Source: an uncultured Desulfovibrio sp.
Lineage (GTDB): Bacteria > Desulfobacterota > Desulfovibrionia > Desulfovibrionales > Desulfovibrionaceae
Length of the DNA: 64,000 nucleotides
Direction of reading: 5' to 3'
Assembly (NCBI GenBank): GCA_964402645.1
Contig: CAYOCV010000012.1
Location: 36,622 to 100,621, forward strand
The notes beneath the pieces were generated by a model that had not been told where the DNA came from, did no database searches, and saw nothing but the letters and a program-made list of their open reading frames with translations. A program made the translations under genes and the position numbers. The first letter of the stretch is position 1. The number at the start of each line of letters is the position of its first letter. Of this stretch, positions 58,705-64,000 are shown piece by piece.

Positions 58705-59580
58705 CTATCCCTGCAACGACAGCCTATCAAGGGTGACGGACGAAAGGTCCACCACGGCCATCCGGCCATGGGGGCCGCCCAGGCGCGGGGGGTGGCCCAA
58801 TACCAGCCGCACCGCCTCGGACAGCGCCAGCCCCGCCGCCACCAGCAGGGCCGGCGGCTGGCAGCCCAGCACGTCTTCCGCCGGGGGGACCGCAGACTGC
58901 CCGTGCGGAAAGAACATTCCCGCCAGACCGCGTTCGCCGGGCAGGGCCGTGGCCACCATGGCCGTCCACCCGGCCACGCTGGCGGCGATCAACGGCACAT
59001 CTGCGGCGGCGGCCCCGGTCTCTGCCGCCGGGCGAAACGCCACGCCGCCCAGTGCGTCGACGGCCACGTCCGCGTCCGTCCAGAACCGTACAAAGTCCTG
59101 CCCTTCCAGCTTGCCGCGCCACACCTCCAGTTCCACGGCGGGGTTCACCAACGCCACACGTCGCACGGCGGCATCCGTCTTGGGCACGCCGAGTTCCGCT
59201 TCCGTGGCCAGCAACTGGCGGTTCAGGTTGGTGGGCTCGAACACGTCGTGGTCGGCCACCCGGATCTGGCCGACACCCATCCGGGCCAGCCCTTCCAGAA
59301 TGTGCCCGCCAAGTCCGCCCAGCCCCACCAGGGCCACGCGGGCGCGCAACAACCGCGCCTGGGCCGCGCAATCCAGCGTGGCGAAATTGCGCAGATAGCG
59401 TTCCGGAACCAGCCCCAGTTCCAGCGCCGCAATTTCGGCCTGACGCAGGGGCATGCCTGTCTGGCGGGCCGCGCCGTCCACTGCGCCGTGTGGCACTACC
59501 CGCACGGCGCTGCCGTCGGGCAGGGTTCCGGTGACGGCAGCCCGCTCCAACGCCGCGAGCAATATGTCGGCAGAATTCAT
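58705..59580 (-). CDS. ThiF/MoeB/HesA-family E1-like adenylyltransferase with N-terminal extension
   Basis: The nucleotide motif is VALVGLGGLGGHILEGLARMGVG.IRVADHDVFEPTNLNRQ. I saw no C-terminal rhodanese domain or CxxC pair. Confidence 0.85.
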   Translation of the reverse strand: MNSADILLAALERAAVTGTLPDGSAVRVVPHGAVDGAARQTGMPLRQAEIAALELGLVPERYLRNFATLDCAAQARLLRARVALVGLGGLGGHILEGLARMGVGQIRVADHDVFEPTNLNRQLLATEAELGVPKTDAAVRRVALVNPAVELEVWRGKLEGQDFVRFWTDADVAVDALGGVAFRPAAETGAAAADVPLIAASVAGWTAMVATALPGERGLAGMFFPHGQSAVPPAEDVLGCQPPALLVAAGLALSEAVRLVLGHPPRLGGPHGRMAVVDLSSVTLDRLSLQG

Positions 59581-59848
59581 GACTACCTCTTTCAGGGCGA
59601 GCGGGCTTGGGTACAGGATGATGCCGCGGCGGGGATACGCCGCACGTGCCCGCCTTCGAGACGGGCATGGTCGGCAGGATATCCGGCCATGCCTTCAGGA
59701 GACATGTACCAAAAAGCCCCGCCACCGTAAGGTGCGGGGCTGACGGGCCGATGCGTTGCCAGGCATCCTGCGGCACCCGCCAATGGCGGCGTCCATCGTT
59801 GGCAACCGCCGAAGGCCGCTGCGGGCCGGGTGCGCCATCGGGAGCATC

Positions 59849-60133
59849 CTACATCTTGCGAAAACCCAGCAGCACCCGGTACGGACCGGGCACGCCGGGC
59901 GGCGCCAGGGCCACCCTGTCCCCGCCGGACACAACGGCCAGATCCGGGCTGACTGCCTTGCCGTTGACAAAAACCACCTCTACCTGCTCCGGGGCAATGT
60001 CCAACTGGCGCAGCAGTTCCGGCCCCGTGGTACACGGATGGACGCGCACTGGCATCGGCATGGTCCAGCCGCGCTGGCGGAACAGGTCCGCAAGCCCCAT
60101 GAACGCCCGCAGTTCAATGGCGTCCTGCGGCAT
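59849..60133 (-). CDS. MoaD/ThiS-fold (ubiquitin-like) protein lacking a terminal Gly-Gly
   Basis: The pattern is beta-grasp-like (IELRAF...VNGKAV...GDRVALAPPG), but the chain continues VPGPYRVLLGFRKM beyond the usual GG position. The start is ambiguous (60133 or 60211). Confidence 0.5.
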   Translation of the reverse strand: MPQDAIELRAFMGLADLFRQRGWTMPMPVRVHPCTTGPELLRQLDIAPEQVEVVFVNGKAVSPDLAVVSGGDRVALAPPGVPGPYRVLLGFRKM

Positions 60134-60226
60134 CGTGCCGCCATCCGGTCCGGCAGTGGGTGCGGTGTCCCGCCCTGCCACCTCGCCGCGCCGCGCATGG
60201 TCGTCCATCATCCCCCCGGCTTCGCG

Positions 60227-60454
60227 CTACCCACCGCCCACCGCCGGGAACAGCCCCAGCCGGTCGTCTTCGGCGAGGACCTTGTCCATGGCGGCATGCA
60301 GGCCGTTGACGAAGATCACCGCCACGTCTTCCGGCGCAATGCCCAGGGTCAGCACCACGTCATGCACGGTACCGCCGTCAGGCAGGGTAAATTCCTCCCC
60401 TTCCGTGGGCTGGCAGCGTTGCAGCGTGGCGTAGCATTTCACTGTGATATGCAT
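60227..60454 (-). CDS. ThiS/MoaD-family sulfur-carrier-like protein ending in GGG
   Basis: 75 aa: MHITVKCYATL...IFVNGLHA...DDRLGLFPAVGGG. Confidence 0.7.
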   Translation of the reverse strand: MHITVKCYATLQRCQPTEGEEFTLPDGGTVHDVVLTLGIAPEDVAVIFVNGLHAAMDKVLAEDDRLGLFPAVGGG

Positions 60455-60522
60455 GGCTTGTCCGCTTTTCCGTCATGCCGCGTGGCCGCCCCCCTCGGAG
60501 GCGACCACGCGGATGTGTGTAG

Positions 60523-62250
60523 CTAGAAGGCCAGCACGCTGTCGATTTCCTCGTCCGTGAAGTCCCACACGGTGTTGTGCGGGGGGCACGGCTCTTCGAA
60601 GAACTCCGGCAGCCGGTCGTGCGCGCTGGTGAACCCGGCGCGGCGGTTGAAGTCCAGTTCGGTCTTCAGGATGGCCGTGCCGAGGGCGGTCACGTCGTCG
60701 CCGGTCAGGGACAGATCGTAGCGTGCATTGATCATGTCCACCAGCGCGTTGAAGCCGTCGGGAATGTCCAGAATGGCGAAGGCGATGAACAGGCACATGC
60801 CGGTGGAGTCCACGGCGGCGGTGGCGATCTGCAGGTTGCGCGAAAGCTCTACCTGCCCTTCCTTGCCCAGCGGGTCGACAAAGCCGCCCACCCGCAGGAT
60901 GTTGGTGGCCACGGCGTACCCGGCGGTGTGGTCCGCGCCCATGGGGGTGGTGGCGTAGGTAAGGCCCACGCCCTTCACCGCGCGCGGGTCGTAGGCCGGG
61001 ATGGCCTGGTTCTTCACCACCGGCACGCGGGTAAGCCCGTACATCTGGCCCACGGCTGCCGCGCCGCTCCCCAGGATGCGGCCAAGCGGTGTGCCCTGGC
61101 GAATCTGCCTGATCAGGGCCAGAGCGGCCCTGGCGTCGCCCCACGGAATGACGCCCGCGTCCATGGCCACGGCCACGGCCACCGAGGTTTCGATGGAGTC
61201 GATGCCCGCCTCGTCGAACTCGCGGTCGGCATAGGCGATGGTGTCCAGGTCGTCGATGGCGGCGTCCGCACCCAGCGCCCAGATGGTTTCGTATTCGAAG
61301 CCGCTGGTGATGTACTTGCCCTGCTTGTCCACATAGTGCTGCGAACAACGGATGACGCATCCGTTATGGCAGCCGTGGGTGGTCTTGCCGCCGCGTTCCT
61401 CGATGGTGGCGGCCATGGTTTCGCCGCCGATGTTGTTGGCCCACTCGTTGCGGCCCCGGCGGAAGTTTTCCGTGGGCAGGCCGCCCGCTTCGTTCAGGAT
61501 GTTCACCAGCACGTTGGTGCCGTACTTGGGCAGGCCCTGGCCGGTGACGGGGTGGGTGGTCAGGGCGTTGGCAAAGCGTTTGGCCGCGCTCTTGAATTCT
61601 TCCGGCCTGGCGATGGGTACGGCGGTTGCGCCCGCATCGTCGATGACCACGGCCTTGATCCCCTTGGAGCCCATGACGGCGCCCAGCCCGCCGCGCCCGG
61701 CGCTGCGGATGTTGCCTTCCGGATCGGCAAAGGAAATGTTGGCGGCGGTCAGCCGCATCTCGCCCGCCGGGCCGATGAGCGCAACGCCCACCTTGGGACC
61801 GTACTTTTCCTGCAATACCTTGATGGCGTCGTAGTTGCCCGCGCCCATGATTTCTGCGGGGGCCTCGTCAAAGGTCACGCCGTCCTTGTCCACCTTGACC
61901 ACGGTGTACGTGCCGTCTGCGGGCAAGCCCTCGAACACCATGGCCTTGATGTCCAGGCGGGCCATCTTCTGCGAAAAGCTGCCGCCGCTGTTGCTTTCCT
62001 TGATGCCGCCGGTGAGGGGGCTTTTGGCCCCGCAGGAAATGCGACCGGAGTTGACCGCGCTGGTGCCGGTAAGAAAACCGGGGGCAAAGACCAGCTTGTT
62101 GTACTTGCCGAGGGGATGGCAGGTGGGCTTCACCTCGTCGGCGATGAACGTGGACGTCAGGCCGCGCCCCGCAAGCCCGGCATACTTTTCGGGACACGCC
62201 CCGATTTCCGCCGTCCTCGAACCCATGTCAATGCGTATGAATTTCGCCAT
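60523..62250 (-). CDS. aor: Tungsten-type aldehyde:ferredoxin oxidoreductase (AOR family)
   Basis: MAKFIRIDM..., LAGRGL, GAKSPLTGG, the pterin-binding block and the 4Fe-4S Cys ligands (GCHNGCVIRC) are present. GGAGGC lies before ATG 62250. The longer 645-aa ORF was rejected. Confidence 0.9.
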   Translation of the reverse strand: MAKFIRIDMGSRTAEIGACPEKYAGLAGRGLTSTFIADEVKPTCHPLGKYNKLVFAPGFLTGTSAVNSGRISCGAKSPLTGGIKESNSGGSFSQKMARLDIKAMVFEGLPADGTYTVVKVDKDGVTFDEAPAEIMGAGNYDAIKVLQEKYGPKVGVALIGPAGEMRLTAANISFADPEGNIRSAGRGGLGAVMGSKGIKAVVIDDAGATAVPIARPEEFKSAAKRFANALTTHPVTGQGLPKYGTNVLVNILNEAGGLPTENFRRGRNEWANNIGGETMAATIEERGGKTTHGCHNGCVIRCSQHYVDKQGKYITSGFEYETIWALGADAAIDDLDTIAYADREFDEAGIDSIETSVAVAVAMDAGVIPWGDARAALALIRQIRQGTPLGRILGSGAAAVGQMYGLTRVPVVKNQAIPAYDPRAVKGVGLTYATTPMGADHTAGYAVATNILRVGGFVDPLGKEGQVELSRNLQIATAAVDSTGMCLFIAFAILDIPDGFNALVDMINARYDLSLTGDDVTALGTAILKTELDFNRRAGFTSAHDRLPEFFEEPCPPHNTVWDFTDEEIDSVLAF

Positions 62251-62797
62251 GTCAGCCTCCGTTGCTGTGTAAGGACAGGCGCGCGCCGCAAACCGGCAAC
62301 GCCGCCACGCCATGCGCCTTGTCCGCGCACGAACGCACGCGGCTGCATGGCCGACAACACCACATCTGCAACACCAGAACGGGACGCGCGGGCGAAAGGC
62401 TGTCGCCCGCGCAGCACCCGTTGCGTACAGGCGTGACGCAACACCTGCCTTTACTCTCACTATTTATGGCATGCCACAGTGTCAATTTATGCCTTGCATG
62501 ACATAGGATATGTTTTCACTACATTTCGACATGCGCAAATATGTCAGCATTGACACATTAAGCGCGTATTCACGAGCATCATGCCGCATTGCATGGACGC
62601 ATGATTTGATTCAAGCCACGTTCCGACCCCACATGATAGTGCAGACACCGCAAACACCCACACCCCTGTCTGCCATGGTTTGTCTGCATCCGCATGGGTA
62701 AGAATTCCGTCAAACCCGCCAACGGCGCGGTTCTGTCCGACCCGCCACCTTGCGAAGGCATGCCCGGCGGTTGCTTGCGGCCCGGCGCACCCGGCGC

Positions 62798-62841
62798 AAA
62801 AAAAATCCCGGCCCCTGCCGAACAAGCGGCGGGGGCCGGGA
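62798..62841 (-). terminator. Intrinsic terminator after potD
   Basis: The stem is tcccggcccc / ggggccggga. The 8-A run on the plus strand gives a T-run after the hairpin on the minus strand. Confidence 0.7.
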
Positions 62842-62863
62842 AAAGCCGGACGTGAAAACCGGG

Positions 62864-63943
62864 CTAGCTGCCCGTCTTCAGCATCTCCCAATACTTTTCG
62901 TAGATCTCCAGCGCATTGCCCACGCTGTTGGTGAACTCGGCGTTCTTCAGGTCCGCGTCACTCGGCGACGTGATGCGGCTCTTGGCCAGTTCGGGCGAAA
63001 GGATCTTCTGCGTGGCCACGTTGGGGGTGGAATAGTTGTATTCTTCCACACATTCCTTGGCCACTTCGGGCCGCAGCAGAAAGTCGATGAACTTGTGCGC
63101 GTTATCCTTGTGCTTGGCCCCCACGGGGATGGCCAGGCTGTCCACCCACAGGGGCACGCCTTCCTTGGGGTAGACGTACACCAGGTTCTTGTTCTCGCTG
63201 GCGGCGATGTAGGCGTCGCCGTTCCAGATCAGGCCTGCGGCCACTTCCTCGCTGATGAAGGCCTGCTTGCTGGCGGTCACGTCAAACACGCGCACGGCGG
63301 GCAGCAGCTTCTTCAGCCATTCGTAGGCGGCCTTGATTTCGGCTTCCTTGGTGGAGTTCACCGAATAACCCAGCGCCTTCAGGGCCACGCCCAGCGAGTC
63401 GCGCTGGTCGTCGGACAGAATGACCTTGCCCGCAAATTCCGGGCGGTTCAGATCGTTCCAACTGGTGATGGAGGCCGGGTCCACCACCTTCTTGTTCACC
63501 ATCAGCCCCGACGAGCCCCACATGTAGGGCACGGAGTATTCGTTGCCCGGGTCGAACGGCTGGTCCAGCACCTTGGGCGAAAGGTTCTTGAAATTCTTCA
63601 GCTTGGACTTGTCGATCCTGACCAGCAGCCCGTCGTCGCGCATCATGGAGATGAAGTAGGTGGACGGCACGATCACGTCGTAGCCCACGCCCTTCAGCAG
63701 CTTGATCTTGGCGTACATGGCCTCGTTGGATTCATAGGTGGTGTACACCACCTTGATGCCCGTCTCCTTGGTGAACCGGTCGAGCACCGACTGGGGCACG
63801 TATTCCGACCAGTTGTAGACGTTCAGCACCTTTTCCTCCGCCGCCGCGGCGGGGCCTGCGAACAGCGTCGCCGCCAGCACCGCCAGGGCAAGGCCCACCA
63901 TCACCAGCGCGGCGCGGGCCGCATGCAGCTTCGTGCGCATCAT
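62864..63943 (-). CDS. potD: Spermidine/putrescine ABC transporter substrate-binding protein
   Basis: A signal peptide is followed by LNVYNWSEYVP, VVYTTYESNEAMYAK and IVPSTYF, typical of PotD/PotF. Confidence 0.9.
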   Translation of the reverse strand: MMRTKLHAARAALVMVGLALAVLAATLFAGPAAAAEEKVLNVYNWSEYVPQSVLDRFTKETGIKVVYTTYESNEAMYAKIKLLKGVGYDVIVPSTYFISMMRDDGLLVRIDKSKLKNFKNLSPKVLDQPFDPGNEYSVPYMWGSSGLMVNKKVVDPASITSWNDLNRPEFAGKVILSDDQRDSLGVALKALGYSVNSTKEAEIKAAYEWLKKLLPAVRVFDVTASKQAFISEEVAAGLIWNGDAYIAASENKNLVYVYPKEGVPLWVDSLAIPVGAKHKDNAHKFIDFLLRPEVAKECVEEYNYSTPNVATQKILSPELAKSRITSPSDADLKNAEFTNSVGNALEIYEKYWEMLKTGS

Positions 63944-64000
63944 TTCCTCCTCGTCCTGGTAAGGGTTTGTGCCAGCAGCACCAGCACTATGGTTACCATG

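Noticed and set aside
62251-62520. A Moco/Wco riboswitch or sigma-54 promoter in the AOR 5' region.
   Set aside because: The 5' leader has a hairpin (GCGCGGGCGACAGCCTTTCGCCCGCGC) but none of the conserved Moco-motif strings I remember. No correctly spaced GG/GC element is present, and only a weak TTGACA-like -35 is seen.
63944-64000. A partial upstream ABC permease (potC-like) at the right edge of the window.
   Set aside because: Only about 55 nt are available, with several possible stop positions on the minus strand. That is too little sequence to support a call.

Overview
The window is very GC-rich (about two-thirds G+C by eye, not computed) and densely coding. Gene content points to a sulfate- or sulfite-reducing Desulfovibrionaceae-type deltaproteobacterium; this is an inference from gene content, not a database hit. 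Supporting genes are PAS/sigma-54 enhancer-binding proteins, a tungsten-type aldehyde:ferredoxin oxidoreductase, a glycyl radical enzyme, TRAP transport, a split purH and a DUF4911-like ORF.

Housekeeping genes are purA, holB, plsY, thrC, hflX, an RNase II/R-family gene, an M24 peptidase, an MltF-like transglycosylase and potD. They are interleaved with two accessory-looking sulfonate loci.

1. Locus at about 9.4-16.8 kb: a TRAP transporter (DctP plus fused DctQM), a GlcG-like gene, a PAS/sigma-54 activator and a sulfoacetaldehyde acetyltransferase (Xsc)-like ThDP enzyme.
2. Locus at about 33.3-47.6 kb, all on the + strand. Two candidate -24/-12 promoters precede a glycyl radical enzyme plus activase, a short Cys-rich ORF, an SDR, a NitT/TauT-type ABC importer with two permeases and two ATPases, a YihU/HIBADH-like dehydrogenase, a GabD-like aldehyde dehydrogenase and a second PAS/sigma-54 activator.

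The second locus is my best candidate for an undescribed system. The enzyme has the Cys-x-Glu loop, the glycyl-radical motif and Arg/Gln/Arg positions that I recall for C-S-cleaving sulfonate enzymes of the IslA/IseG/HpsG/HpfG group. However, the gene set does not match the isethionate, DHPS or SuyAB routes I know.

Other points:
- An AOR operon carries two ubiquitin-fold proteins and an E1-like enzyme.
- A eukaryote-type UDP-galactopyranose-mutase-like flavoenzyme lies near one of two paralogous TPR-GT2 proteins.
- There are two low-GC single-gene islands.
- A ~370-nt candidate structured RNA of unknown class lies at 51.1-51.5 kb.
- Short intergenic tandem repeats are unusually frequent, with periods of 9, 10, 14, 18 and 24/8 bp.

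I recognised no rRNA, tRNA, CRISPR array, transposase or integrase. Most very long ORFs in the track are antisense shadows of real genes and were discarded. All starts are inferred from homology-like N-termini and RBS spacing, not from computation.
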